Source of the DNA: Basidioascus undulatus
Lineage: Eukaryota
Reading direction: 5' to 3'
Length of the DNA: 61,495 bases
Assembly (NCBI GenBank): GCA_000826855.1
Contig: JTLS01000005.1
Location: forward strand, 1-61,495
The number at the start of each line of letters is the position of its first letter. The stretch's first letter is position 1. Shown here piece after piece: positions 1 through 13,010 of this stretch. The notes beneath the pieces are model-generated. The model had not been told where the DNA came from. It ran no database searches and worked only from the letters and a program-made list of their open reading frames with translations. The position numbers were made by a program, and so were the translations under genes.

Positions 1-1656
1 CCCCCCGACGCCAAATTGACCCAGCTCCTCATGTTGTACCGCACATTGCGAGCCATGGTGGTGCCACTGGCGGAGAGGTTGCATGCCTAAAAGAATGGGT
101 TGTACAACGTAGTCATTGCTGCTGGCGAAACCGATGAACGCTAGACGGGCACTTTCTGATCGCTAGCGTGGGTCTTACGCTTCACGGCGGCGCCGTTGCT
201 GACGGGAAGACGCAAATATGTACTGAAATTTGATACCTGCAACAGCTTCCCTTTGATCGGCTTCGGCCTTGTCTAATAAGTACTTGTACACCGTTTCAGC
301 AGAGCGCCTGCCAGCGCATCATGTTCACTGAGGAGCGAAGATCAGGCCTGAAGAACGAGAGAGCCAATTTCATATAAAGATCGCAATAATTGTCGGTTGC
401 GGCGCTCACTGATGGCGTCGGTGCCTGAGGAACTGAAGAGGTTGAGATGAGCAGCGCCTGCGAGAGCGTGGCGGACCTGCGATTCGGGCGTTCCTTGTGC
501 CTGGGCAAAAGGTCTCCGACGATGCGGCGGGTGCGGCTCTTCATTGGAGAGAGTGTGGCGCCGACGGCTGACAGACCCGGGGTGCAGGAAATGACCAGGA
601 GGTTGTGCCGCCTTGTCAAGAGGATCTGCGAGGGGTGTGCGCCGGTACAGGAAGAAGGCGATGGTGGGTATCGAAGAAAGTACATGCGAAGAAAAGGGAA
701 ATTAGGGTCCGTTTTCAAGGCAGATTGCGGTGCAAATTAGTGCGCATTACTAGCGCGCAAGTGCCGGAGGGTGCTGCGTGCGTCGGGCCTGCCCTTGTTG
801 GTCTTCCCCCTGTGCCTACGAGGTGCCTAACTAGCTCAAACCCGCGCCTTCCTCCTTGACCATCATCATCCTCATCCACTCCGCCGTCGCCACCGCCGCC
901 GCCGTCCCCCGCCGCGGCCGCTGTTGGCACGCCCATCAAAACTGCCGCCGTCGCTCTGGCACCAGAGCTCTGTACGCCGCCGCCGCCCTCGCCGGGCCGC
1001 AGCAGCTTCCCGCCGCGAGTCTCCTGTCAACCAAGATTGACCGGCCGCCCCCTCCGCTTCTGCTGCGCACACAGACTCACTCACTCCTCGGCTCTACTCC
1101 GCCCGTCGCCCCTCGCGGAGGCTACCCCCTGCTCGTGCCCGCGTTCGCGCTCGTCGGCAGGTTCACCTTCAATCGGCATCCGCCACGCTCCAGTTCGAAC
1201 TTTGACTGGGGATACGCCCAAGCAGCAGCGGGACCGACAATAGCGGACTGCTCTGGCTTCGCAACTGCCCGCCGCAGCTGGACGACCTAAAAACCGCGGC
1301 ACTCTCCGTCGAAGAGCTCCTGGATAGCTTCTCGCTTGCCGCAGCCGGCGACTTGGTCTGGTGCGTCCTCTCCTCCTCCTTCCCATACCTCCACGCAGAT
1401 CTCATCAAGATTGGTTTTGTCCCTGACATCGGTGGCTCAGGACCGACCGTTCATTGCGGAACCCCTCCCGCCCTTCATTTAAACCGCGCGGCTTCGCTCA
1501 CGGTACGTCCGGTGCGGACGTGTGGCTTCCGTTTCTCCTCACGGGCTGAACGGTTGGGGTTCTGGGGTGTCCACGCGATACAGGAACGAGCCGTCGCCCT
1601 TGGGTCCTGGCGATATCGTACCAGCGCGGTCAACTTCTCTGGCGACTAGTAAGACC

Positions 1657-4501
1657 ATGAGAGTACAACGCGGCTTGACACCCGCCTCCAGTCAGCTCGC
1701 CTCTCTGCACCCGCCTCATCCGCTCGCACCGCCACCCCATCACGCCCCTTATCCCTACCACAACCAACCCCCGCATCACCATCTGCCCCCGCCACCGCAG
1801 CAGCAGCCCTACCCTCCCTCTCATCCTCACCCTCTCCCTCCCCCCCCCCCCTCCGTCGCCGCCGCGCTCCCCGTCTCGCCAGCGCGCTCCCTCTCCAACG
1901 GCTCGACGGCCTCCGTCTCCCATCCTCCCACGCCGCTCAGCCACGGCGGGCCCCCCCCGTACCAGTCTTACGCCTCGCCGCAGCCCGAGATGAGCCGCGC
2001 CGACGAGGGCGCGCAGCACGGCAAGAAGCCTAAGCCTCAGCCGGCAAAGGTCTTCCAATGCACCGGCTACGGCAACTGCAAAATGGTCTTTACGCGCAGC
2101 GAGCATCTCGCTCGACATGTTCGGTGAGTCTATATCTCCCTTCTGGGGCAAGGATACGTGAGCGGGGATTGGAATATACGGTGTTGCCTGGCCTGGATGG
2201 GGTGGCTCACGGCGATCCTCCACCCCACGGAATCTATTCTGTTGTATGATGGATATACGTTGTTGACACCCGCGCTTCGTGCCTTCAGCAAACACACTGG
2301 CGAGCGACCTTTCGTACGTTTTCATTTCACCAGTTGAGCATTGGGCTGCGTTCTTAAACTTGGATCTCAGAAATGCCACTGCGGCAAGTCCTTCTCTCGG
2401 CTGGACAACCTGCGACAACATGCGAGCACCGTATGTCGCTCAAGCCATCTCCCACCCAACTCACCTGCTGAACCCGGTTTGTTTGCAGGTCCACGCCGAC
2501 CAGCCATCGGCCAACGACGCGCTGCTGAAGGGCATGTCGAGCCTTCACACCGCGCTCGCTGCATCCGCGAGTCAAAAGCAGTACGCGGAGGCGCAGGTGG
2601 TGAAGCGCGCCGAACCCGCGGGACGGGAGCCGGCGGGCGAAGTTCGCTTTCACCAGGGCGTCTCTGCTCCGCCTGTAGGGCCCCCTCCCGGCGCGCCCGC
2701 GCATCAGGCAGTCGCACCCATACCGCCGTACGAGCAGCACCCCACCGCGTACGGATGGGCCGAGTACGCCCCCCCGCAAGCGCATCTGCATCCACAGCCG
2801 CCGCCGCCGGGGGCGTACCCGTCCGTTATGGGCCAGCACCACCTTCAGCCTCCCGGCTACCCGCTGCATCCCTCTCACCCGCATCACCCGCATCACCCAC
2901 ATCTCCTTCCCCCATCGCACCTGTCCCAACCACCGCCGCTCCACCACGCCCCTCCTCATCGTCCCTCACAACCTCTCCCGCATCACATCCCTCCGCCGCC
3001 GCCCATGCACCACCCTCAACAACCGCCGCCGCACCACCCAGTTGAGGACTGGTCCCAGCACTCCTCCCCTCTGCACGAAGCCGCCGTCCCCGCGCCGCGA
3101 CCGAGCACCGCCGACGGCCCTCGTCCACTACTCCCACCTCTGGCAGCCATCGTTCCGCCGTCGCAGCCGCAGTCTTCGCTCGTGAACGGCTACGAGCAAA
3201 GACCGCCAACCAAGGGCGGCAGCGGCTCCTTTTCGCGGCCGGGCACGTCAGGTAACGGGGACGGCGGTGTGGCCGGACTGCCCCCGCCGTCCTTCTCGCG
3301 TCCAGGGACCGCCGGGGAGTACGGGCCGCCCTCGGGGCAATTCGCGGCCGGGGGGGGCGGGTACTACGATTCTTCGTACACGTTCCCACCCGCTCCGCCT
3401 GGCCAGGGCTATGCGAGCGCGTCGCAGATGCAGCCGTCGCAGCTCGAGCAGCCGTGGTACCGCCGACCGTCGATGGCGAACTTGTTTGGGTCGCGCGGGT
3501 CGCTCGACGCCTCGCCGTTCGGGTTCAGCCTTCCACCAGAGGCGCCCTCATGGGGCCCCGGCGGCTCGACCGACGACTTCTTCACCGGTCGCAAGCGCTC
3601 GCTCGCGTTCGGCTTCGATGAGGCTGGCCCGCTCCTCCCTCCCGGCTCGTCCAGCGGTCTCCCTCCACTCTCCTCATCCGGCAACGCCCGCCCCTTCTCG
3701 TCCGGCAACAACCTTCCCCGCCCGCTCTCTTCCTCAGGCCCCTTCCGCCCGCTCTCCTCGTCGGGCGGCGGGCTCTTCCGCTTCGAGGCGCCTGGACAAA
3801 GCGATCGTTCCTCCAGCGAGCAGGAGGGCATGGCCGAGGAGGAGCGCGCGCCTACGGCGACGAGTCGACGGCAGAGCATCCTCGATCTCTGCGGCGGCGC
3901 GCCCGGCCCGCGGGACGGCGAGCGACCACGCACGTCGACGGGCGTTCCGGAGGATGGCGGCTCGGCAGAGTCTTCCTACTCCGTGCTGCCGAGCGTGGCT
4001 GCGCTCGGCGGTGCGAAGCGCATGTATAGCGACGCTGACGCGCACCGCCCGACGTCGAGCAGCGGGCGCCTCGGGCTCGAGAGCCTCGTGCACTCGGGGC
4101 CAAAGCCCGACCCGGAGGGCGCGTGGGAGCGGTACGAGCAGGAGGACGAGGAGGACTTGCGCCCTGCCGACGACCACGAGCCGCACGCGAAGCGCGTCAA
4201 GCTCGAGCCGTCGTCGCCGCCCGCGCTCGCGGCGGACAACGGTTTGAGCGAGGACCGGTCGACGAGCGGCTCGCCCCAGACGCCGTACGGCCACGTCGGC
4301 GTCCGCCACGGCTCGGCCCTCGCGGGCGTGATGGACGGTGCACCGAATGCGGGAGCGCACCACGCCGCGGGCGCCAACGCGCACCAACATCATCACCACC
4401 ACCACCACCCGCATCATCACCCGCATCACCACCACCATTCCGCGCACGAGCAGGCGCAGTACACGCCGTCCGCGTACGAGCGCAAAGTCGGCGTCCTCTA
4501 G
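1657..4501 (+). CDS. C2H2 zinc-finger transcription factor (Usv1/Rgm1/NsdC-like) with Pro/His-rich low-complexity regions
   Basis: Spliced exons 1657-2123, 2289-2313, 2371-2430 and 2489-4501 give [54 protein letters not shown]: two C2H2 fingers with a canonical TGERPF linker. All introns are GT-AG. Confidence 0.9.
4383..4438 (+). repeat. (CAC/CAT)n poly-His tract in the transcription factor C-terminus
   Basis: catcatcaccaccaccaccacccgcatcatcacccgcatcaccaccaccat encodes HHHHHHHPHHHPHHHHH. Confidence 0.8.
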
Positions 4502-5334
4502 ACGTGACGCGATGTCGGATTAGTTCTCTTACTTTCGCCTTCCTCTGTTCTTGTTATCTTCATTCATTTTTTTCCCTTCCATTTTTCTTTTCTTCGTCTG
4601 TTAACTCTGTTGCACTACTCCCGCAGTTTCTCTTCTCTCCACTATCTCGGCATCATCGCAACTCGCATCCACTTTTCGTATCTTGACTCCCCAGTTCCGC
4701 GCACGCCTGGCATATCTTGATTCGCCCTTTATCTCCACACATGTCCCTCCGAAATCACCTCCATTTGGTAGTGCTCTTCCCTTCCCTGGCACCCTCTCAT
4801 TGTTCAGCATCACCCTTACCGCACAAGCCGCTTCTTTAACCCTGTCCCGCGTCGCAACCTATTGCCTTTTACTCTTGTTTTCTGTGATTTGGTATTATCA
4901 TACGCACAACATGATCAACGTGTTAAACCATGCGTCCGTGGCTTTGGTGTCATACCTGTTCTCTGCCGTGCGTTGTGGGCCGCACCTGGACACGCACCCG
5001 CAGCCCTTCTGGATGCCGTAGCGGGCAGGCGGCTTGGAAGTGTGTCGTCAACCGCGCGCCCACGAACGGTCAATCGGATGCTCATTCCCATCGATCCCCA
5101 TATACGTAGACGATGTGCGACACCACGATTCTGACTTCAGACAGATGCTGTCTGAGACCTGAAGCCGACGCTTTCCTGCATATGGTCCTCGCACCAATCA
5201 ACAGCACACGCAAGCAGTCAGTCAACAAGCGATCATGCGAATGCTCATCGATGCGCGCACGAACACCGTCGCAGGAAAAAAGGGGTACTCGTCGTACAAC
5301 ACATCCTCCATCTCTCCTCTCCGTCACCCCTCCC

Positions 5335-8192
5335 CTACTTCTTCTTCGCGTCCCTGACGCTCAAGTTGACCTGGTCGCCGTCCTCAAAGTTGTAGCTGGC
5401 GAGCGTCTTACTGTTGGTGAGCGTGGTCGAGCCCGCGTTGAGGCGAATGCGCGCCGCGGGCGGGCCGCGGCCGTCGTTGGCGGCGAGGATGCGCTCGCGC
5501 AGAGTCGCGACGATGTGATCGAGCCGGAGGCCAGGGATAGTGAGCGTCTGCCCCGTGCAGCCCCACTCGGGCTTGTCGGGCATGGAGGGCATCTGGATCG
5601 AGAGCGTGATGGAGTTCTCCTGCGTAGCGGGGAAGGACGAGAGGTTAGAAGGCTTGATGAGGCTGGGGAACGGGAAGGGGAAGACGCACGGGGTGGAACT
5701 TCATCCATCTGCGGAAGGGAAAGGAACAATGTAAGTGAAATGTCGGGGGGATGTGAGAGCTGAAAAAAAAAGACGACGCACTCTTCCTCGGGGTAGAACT
5801 GCCCCTCCGGCAGCTTAGCGACCCTCGGTCTCTTCGCAGCGTGCTCGTCCTCTCCAGGGGCACCACCCATCATCTCGTCCGCGGACCTGACCAAGCCCGC
5901 ATTGAACGGCGAGCCCGCGTCCGCGCGCGGCCCACTGGGGGGCATCGGACTGCCGGGAGCGGCGGGGCTATCGCCGCCGGCAGCCATCGCGGCGAGGCGG
6001 TCGGGATGGATGCCGGGCGCGGTGGGCGCCGCGGGATAGTGGATGACGGGGAGCGTCGCGGGCGGGATGTACTGCTGCGCGGACGGCGGGGCGGGGCCCG
6101 CGGAGAAGGTCGAGGCGGAGGGGTCGCGCGGGGCGGGCGCAGCAGGCAAGCTGGACAGCGCGGTGGGCGGGACGACGGCGGGGCCGACGCGAGGACCCGC
6201 ACCGGGCTCTTCCCTGTTTCACAGCGCACATAAACTCAATCAGTATCTCAACTTTGTGGTAGGGAAAAGGAAACCAACGCACGGGACCAGCCCCCTCCTC
6301 GCATGAATCGCCTCGATCTGGCTCTCCAGGTTCGCCGCCGCTTGATAGCGGTTTGTAACCACCTCGGCAGTACCCGTATGACCGTCCCACACGCCAGTCT
6401 CCCTGGCCCTCCTCGCGCGCTGCGCCTCCTCTTCCGCCGCGCGGCGCTTCGCGCGCGCTTCCTCGTCGTCCTGCCCGAAGATGTCGTCGCGCTGGCGCGA
6501 GAGGCTCTTGAGCGACCCGGCAACGTCCGCGCCCTGCTGGAGCATCTGCGACGCCGCCCGCCGCGCCTCCGCGAGCTCCCGCCGCTCTTGCCACTTCGGG
6601 TCGAGCAGCTCGATGCGCAGGTGGTTCGCGAACTCTTCGTTCGGCACGAGCTGGCCGGAGATTGGGGATTTCGAGTAGCCCGGCGGGACGTCCGGTGCCT
6701 TTTTGGCTGTGGATAGGTAGCTCATGTCAGTGTGTGCCGTGAGGAGAGATGAGAAGGAAATAAGCACGCACATTTGGGAACGTAATCGGTCTTGATCTTC
6801 ATCCCCTCTGGCGCAGCCATCATGCTGGCCTGGACCTCCCTCGCTCTCCTTTCCTCCTCCTCACGCTTGCGGCCCTCCGCTTTCTTCTTGCGCTCCTCCT
6901 CGTCCTCCTCCTCGTCGCTGACGTCCATCTCGACGTCGCTGTCCTCGCCGCCCGCGCCGCCCTTGACCTGGATCTCGGGCACGGGCTCCTCCTCCTGGAT
7001 GAGGGACGCCATGCGCTTCTGAGCGAGCGTCATCGACTCGATCTCCTTGATCGACATCGGCGCGGGGAGGTCGATCGACGAGTCCGACTCGGTGAACTCG
7101 ATCGTCTCGACCACGACGAAGTCTTGCCAGTCGATGGAGGCGAAGGCGACTGTTCGTCCCAGACACCATTTTCCGTCAGCCACCAGCTGCTCCCAGAATA
7201 GATGGAAAGTGGACGCACTCCTCTCCTTCTCGCTCTCCTCCTCCTTCTTCCTCGCCCTCTCGCGCCGGTAATTCTCCCACTCCGCGCGCTGCCCCGCGCG
7301 CTCAACGATCGCCTTCTTGCGCGCCATCACGCTTCCCTGCAGCTCGTCCCCGCGCCACGCCGAGCCCGTAAGAACCTTGGTGTACTGCTCGACGAGACGG
7401 TTGAAGAAGCCGAAGAGGGAGTGGTTTGGGCGGAGAAAGTCGAACTGCGGGTTGCGCGTCTCCTTTGCGGTGAGCGTCGAGATGAAGGGGCGCGAGCGCC
7501 GCGCAGTGAAGAGCGCGGTGAGGCGGATGATGTCCCTGTGGGCAAAGAAGCATGAGCCTTGGGGGGGTGGGGGAGGGGGAAGATGATAGGGAGACAACGC
7601 ACAGGTCCACCCCGCTGATGTTCGGCATGTCCGTCTCGAACTCGTGCGGTGGGGGCTCAACAGGCGCAGCCTTCACAGGCGCAGCCGGAGCCGCGTGCGT
7701 AGGGGTCGCCGCGCTCGGTTTCACATCTGGATCACCCCCAATCAGCCACGCCTCCTTCCAACCACAACAGCAAGGCAAGGACGCACCAACAACATCGCCC
7801 GCCTTGATGCGCTCGATCTTCCAACGGTAGTACGGGTGGTACGCGTCCGCGCTGTTGAGGAACGCGAACTTTGCGTTCGCGCGCTCGCGCTCGCGAATCT
7901 TCTCCTCGAACGCGAGGCCGTGCTCCGAGTTGGCGACAAAGTTGGCCGTCTTGTCGACAATGCCTGGTCACCCGCACATTTCAGTATCTCCTTCTCAACG
8001 AGATTGAGGGCAAAGTGAGGGTGGAGACGCACTGCGAATGTCGGGCGGAGGGAGGACCATGCCCGTCGGGAACTTTGCGCCCTCGGGCGCTAGAGACGCG
8101 GACCCGCCAGCACCGCCGCTGATGCCGTTCGCGGCAGAGGCGGGCAATGGCGAGCCGAGTCCATCAGGGAGGGGCGAGGCGACTGCGGCCAT
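5335..8192 (-). CDS. PRP21: Splicing factor SF3A1/Prp21 (two SURP domains, PRP21-like region, C-terminal ubiquitin-like domain)
   Basis: LPPPDIR..IVDKTANFV; DIIRLTALFTARR..FDFLRPNHSLFGFF; FASIDWQDFVVVETIEF; HLRIELLDPKW; C-terminal LASYNFEDGDQVNLSVR. Multi-exon. Confidence 0.93.
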
Positions 8193-8409
8193 CGTGTGAG
8201 CTGCAAGAGATGAGATGGTGGCGGCGGGCAGGCAGGCGAGCGAGCCTTGAACCACTGGGCAAGGCAAGACCCGTTTCGGATATTGCTGAATTTACTTCAG
8301 CTTAGTGCCGACGATAAGCGTGGCATGTGATTGCAGCGTCATTCCATCTCGATATTCTCCTTCCTCTCACCACCATCTTACCTACGAAGGCCATTGTACT
8401 CCATCCAAG

Positions 8410-9336
8410 ATGCTGAAATCCCTAGCAGACGCATTCCAGTCACTCTGGTCTGGGGAGGATGCTGCTCAGGATGCCACAGACCCGTACGCAGGCAAGTCCA
8501 TGCGCGATGGCATCCCATATCCCCGTAGGCTTACCGCTCCACCCGCAGTCCCAGCCCGCCTGAAGAAGTACGAGCGCCTAGGCCATCTGAACCCCTTCCT
8601 CCTCGAGGGACTCTTCCGCTCCCTCCTCCGGGGCTACACTCCCCCCTCACCTGCCGAGCTCCCTCCCCCTCCTCCCACCACCATTACCACCGCTCCGCGC
8701 TCCCCAACCTCCGACCCCCCAACGCCCCCTCTTCCTCCCTCCATCGCACCCAACACCACCCCTGGCCCACCTCTCCCCCCCGAAATTGTCCTCCTCATCT
8801 TCCGACACGCCTCCTTCCTCCGGCCCGCGCGGCCCCTCCCGCTCTCCCTCCCCCCCAACCAAGCCATCGCCGTCCTCTCCCGCGGTCCAAAAGCAACGCA
8901 CACGATCCTCAGCACCCCCCCTCTCACGGCCCCGCAGCTCGCGCGAGTGCACTCCATCCAGCTCTTCACCGACTCGCACGACCAAGGCTACGTCTCGGAC
9001 CGCGGCGCGGGCTCGTATTCGTGGTTCGAGATCGGGCTCGTTGCCGGGCCCGAGGACGACCCGCAGGTCCGCACACGGATGGTCGAGCACCCGGAGGACG
9101 GGACGGTGCGGAAGGAGGAGCTGGTGTGGAGGAGCCATGAGAACCGCCTGGGCGACAACCGGTGGGATACGCGCGTAGGGAAGACGTTCGGGCCGGAGGA
9201 TGAACTTTGGAGGGAGGCGAGGGAGGGCGACAGGCTCGTCGTGAGGGCCTGCGCGCAGTTCCCGATGTGGCAGAATTTCGTTAGAAGCGGCCGGCTCGAG
9301 TGGGCCGAGTGGTGGGAGCCGGCGCTGAGGTACTGA
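8410..9336 (+). CDS. Conserved fungal protein with an F-box-like motif and an SHDQG...SWFE C-terminal domain
   Basis: Uninterrupted ORF containing LPPEIVLLIFRHA (F-box-like), then TDSHDQGY..SYSWFEIGL..GDRLVVRACAQFPMWQNFV, a pattern recalled from uncharacterised fungal proteins. Confidence 0.7.
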   Translation: MLKSLADAFQSLWSGEDAAQDATDPYAGKSMRDGIPYPRRLTAPPAVPARLKKYERLGHLNPFLLEGLFRSLLRGYTPPSPAELPPPPPTTITTAPRSPTSDPPTPPLPPSIAPNTTPGPPLPPEIVLLIFRHASFLRPARPLPLSLPPNQAIAVLSRGPKATHTILSTPPLTAPQLARVHSIQLFTDSHDQGYVSDRGAGSYSWFEIGLVAGPEDDPQVRTRMVEHPEDGTVRKEELVWRSHENRLGDNRWDTRVGKTFGPEDELWREAREGDRLVVRACAQFPMWQNFVRSGRLEWAEWWEPALRY

Positions 9337-10330
9337 GTGCGTGGGAGATGGGTCATGTGTGGCTTGGGATTTCAGGAGGAGGAAAGATAGGATGCGAACA
9401 ATGCGATAAGAAGTTTACGACATGAATCCCAATTTTGGGGTTTTTTTTAATCACTGCATGCCTGCACATTGCGTGCGTCGTATGCTGCACGCTCCAGTGA
9501 CATTGCTCTTCACACTTTCAGCGCACGCCGCTGAAGACGCGTACTTGCTCGTGAAACCAGCAATGCTTGCTTATCAGAGCCTTATAGCTTCACCAGAGCG
9601 TAATAATTCCCGTGGCCGCCCAGGAGGGCTGCGATGCAGGCAGGCAGACGCATCGTCAAACCAGATTCAAGTCACCTGCACCTGGACGTGTTGAGCCTCG
9701 CCACCAGCGTGTGACAGACGTTGCCTGAAACAATTCACTCAAATTTTTTGATGCACGACGAAACGGCCAAAGCAAGCTTGAGGACTCTGTGGGTCAGCGA
9801 AGTCGAAGAGTTCTAAACCGGGGGTGTCATCTACGAAGCCCACAGGACCCTCGAAGCGCTGAAGCGTAGTTGGATTTCCTTTTATTTCATACTCCAATAA
9901 TTAATTTTGGCCCAACTTCCGCAACTACCCCAATAAGGGGTGCACGGACGGCCAGCGGATTTCTGCCTCGCAATTGCTTGCAGACTCACGACCGTCGGTC
10001 AGAGCCCACAAACTCAGTACCTTCTGTGGCGAGCGTTCCAATTAAACTGTAGAACTTTCTGCTCGCTTCTTCTTGCGCGCAGCTCGTCAAACTCATCCGG
10101 GCGGCTGATGACCATACGGATGACCATACAGCAGGGTCAGGTATTGGTCGTGAGACCTCGCGGCTGAGAGGTGTGTTCTTCAATGGACACACGCAAACGC
10201 CATTCCAAGTGTATGTTCCAATGCAGCGAGTGGAAGCGAATGCCGCGTTCAACCCGATAAAACAAGAGAGATTACAGGGGTAAGGGGGACGGATGGAGGA
10301 GAGGAGAGGCGGAATGCAAAACCCGACAAA

Positions 10331-12859
10331 TCAAACGTGCTCAACCTCGGCCTTCTTCTCCTCAGCGGCACTACCATACACACGCGAGATGCTGCGCTTG
10401 ATCGCCTTGGGGTCTGCGGCGTGGACGTCCTCGGCGAGGAGGGCCTTGCGGTACTCGTTCGAGCGGATGACGGACGAGTTGCGGTACAGGAGGTCGACCT
10501 GCTCGAGCGAGAGGCCCTTGGTCTCGGGGATGCTGGCAATCATAAGGGATGAGTGTCAGCGTCTTGTGGCGCACGATGTGGAAAGCGGGGGGAGAAGAAC
10601 CACGAACAAGAAGTAGGTGAAGAGCAGGCAGCCGACACAGGTCGAGCCCCAGATGAAGAAGACCTCTGCAAGAATTGGAAGTGCGGCGTAAGTGACTACT
10701 CTCTCAAGTAGAAAGAAGACACTCGAGACGTACTTGAACCAAGGTTGACCTTGTCCTTGTCGACGAGGTAAGGAGTCGCGTAGCCGATGCCGAAGTTCCA
10801 GAGCCAGTTGGACGCAGTCGACAGAGACATGGCCTTGGCGCGGATGGCGAGAGGGAAGATCTCGCCGGTGACGACCCAGGCTATGGGACCCCAGGTGGCA
10901 GCGAAGAACGCGATGTAGATGCAGACGAACGCGACGAGGACCTTCTGCGCGGCGCTGTTGTTTATGGTGACCGTGACACCGACTGGAAGACGTGGCGAAA
11001 GGCCGAGATCAGCAAACTGGGCTCGGCAGCAACGCTCGCTGTATGGGCAGACGGTAATAAGGTAGACTCACCGATGGCAACGATGAACTCGCAGATCAGC
11101 ATACCGAGAGCACCGACGAGCAGGAGACGGCGACGGCCGAACTTGTCAATGCCCCAGATACCAGGAATGGTCATGCCGACATTGACAACGTTGGTAGCGA
11201 TACTGAAACCGCATCGTCAGGTTCGACAGTCACGCCACAAAGCATCCTTGGCAAAGCCGTACGAGATCAAGAAGGGGCTTGCGATACCCGAGGCCTCGAA
11301 GAAAGTAGTGCCGTAGTAGCTGTAAGGGAAACCAGCCATTAGTCTGAGAAAAGTCCCCAGTGGTTGCGAGTATTCCAACTAACAAGATGAAGTTGATGCC
11401 TGCACGCATCAAGGGAGTAGTCGTCAGTTTGTGCCACGGAACGAGCTCCACTTTCAAGGTCAACGCACCGGTGAGCTGCTGCCATGCCTGAAGAAAGACG
11501 CCGGTGAGGGTGCGCTGGAGGTTCTTGCCAGAGTTGTTGCGGAAACAGTCGAGGTAGCTGCCGGAGCTGAGCTCGAGCTCCTGCGCGAGGTTGGCCTGGA
11601 TGTCGGCAACTGATGGTGGCAACACACTGTCAGATAATGTCCAATGAAATTGGCCAGAATTCGCAGCGTACCCTCCTGTTCGAGCTCAGGGTCGTTGGGA
11701 CCGCACGTCAGAAGACGCTGGAGTGAAGCGCGAGCTTGCTCCACGCGGCCCTTTTTGATCAAGTATCGGGGAGACTAGAAAGCAACCCGAGTTCAGTCAA
11801 GTACAATGCGCTGTAAGCTGTCGTCTGGCGCACCTCCGGGAGGAAGAACATGCCGCTGGCGAGAATGATAGCCCAGCCGAACTGAACAATGGGGCGGTGG
11901 TGAGCAATGATGCCGCGGTGCGCACGGTCATCAGCAACGCACCTGGATGCAGGTGGGGATCAGCCACGAGCCGCTGTCGTTGCGGTCCTTCGTGAAGTTG
12001 TTGACGATGGAGGCAAGGAGGAGACCGATGGTAATGGCCCATTGGTAGCAGGCAACGATGCCACCACGAATCCACTTGGGCGCGCACTCCGACTGGTACA
12101 TGGGAACCTGTTTATCGAAAGGTCAGAATTCGCCCAAATATTCCGTAAATAACACAAATGAACTGACCAGGCAAGAGACGAGACCGACACCCAGACCCGC
12201 AATGACACGGCCAACTGCGTAAAGGGGAATGGAGGTCGAGGCAGCTTGCAGAATGATGCCGACGCTTTGGTGACAATTCTCTCAGACCATGCAAATATAC
12301 GGATAAACAAGAGGGGAGAGGGCCCACCTGAACACAAGGCAAGAGAGCATCAGGCCGTACTTGCGGCCGAAGATGTCACTCATCGGGTAGGCCAGGAGTG
12401 CACCGAAAAAGGTACTGATATTTCCGCGCGACGTGAGTTTGATTACGGGAGCAAAATATCTATACACTTACCCAGCGGAGAGAATGGACACTGCAAGTGG
12501 TGGAATGTCGTCAGTGCTGGCTTTCTCGGCGAAGCAAACAAGCAGTCACTTACCGACAAGAGACCGCTCAGAAGTCTCGATCCTGCAGCCGGGTCCGTCA
12601 GGCTTGGGCGATCCGAATTGGCACAACCAGTAGTCCATCGCAATGATTCCGTTGATGCTACCAGTGTCGTAGCCGAAAAGGATACCACCGAAGGCCTGCA
12701 CGGGGAAAACGCAACTGAGCCCACCGCCTTCTCTTTTCCGACACTTCTGGCAACACGTACAGCGAAGGCGGACATCAGGATGGCGGGAAGCTTGGACTTC
12801 CCAGCGAGAGCGGCACGGTCAATCTTGACCGCGCCGAGGTCAGCGGCGCCACCAGGCAT
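10331..12859 (-). CDS. MFS sugar porter (hexose/monosaccharide transporter)
   Basis: FGGILFGYDTG, SDIFGRK, VPMYQSECAPKWIRG, PESPRYLI, QAWQQLTGINFI.YYG, IDKFGRRRLLL, WGPIAWVVTGEIFPL and IPETKGLSLEQVD, spread over many exons. Confidence 0.95.
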
Positions 12860-13002
12860 GTTGACTGTCGGTGGAGGGTAGAGAGCAGGGACGGGGAGGG
12901 GTGTCGGGAGAGGAGTGTAGGTGAGGGGTGGAAAGGGGACACGGTCTTGAAGCCTGGAACGAGGGGATAGAGAAAAAAGCTCGTGTGAAGCTGTCCTCGA
13001 TG

Positions 13003-13010
13003 CTTTTATA
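13003..13010 (-). promoter_or_regulatory. Putative TATA box of the sugar transporter
   Basis: TATAAAAG on the minus strand about 145 nt upstream of the ATG at 12859, followed by a pyrimidine-rich leader. Confidence 0.5.

Noticed and set aside
296..1649. Several ORFs upstream of the C2H2 transcription factor
   Set aside because: No recognisable motifs, and many begin at non-ATG codons. More likely promoter/5' UTR in GC-rich DNA.
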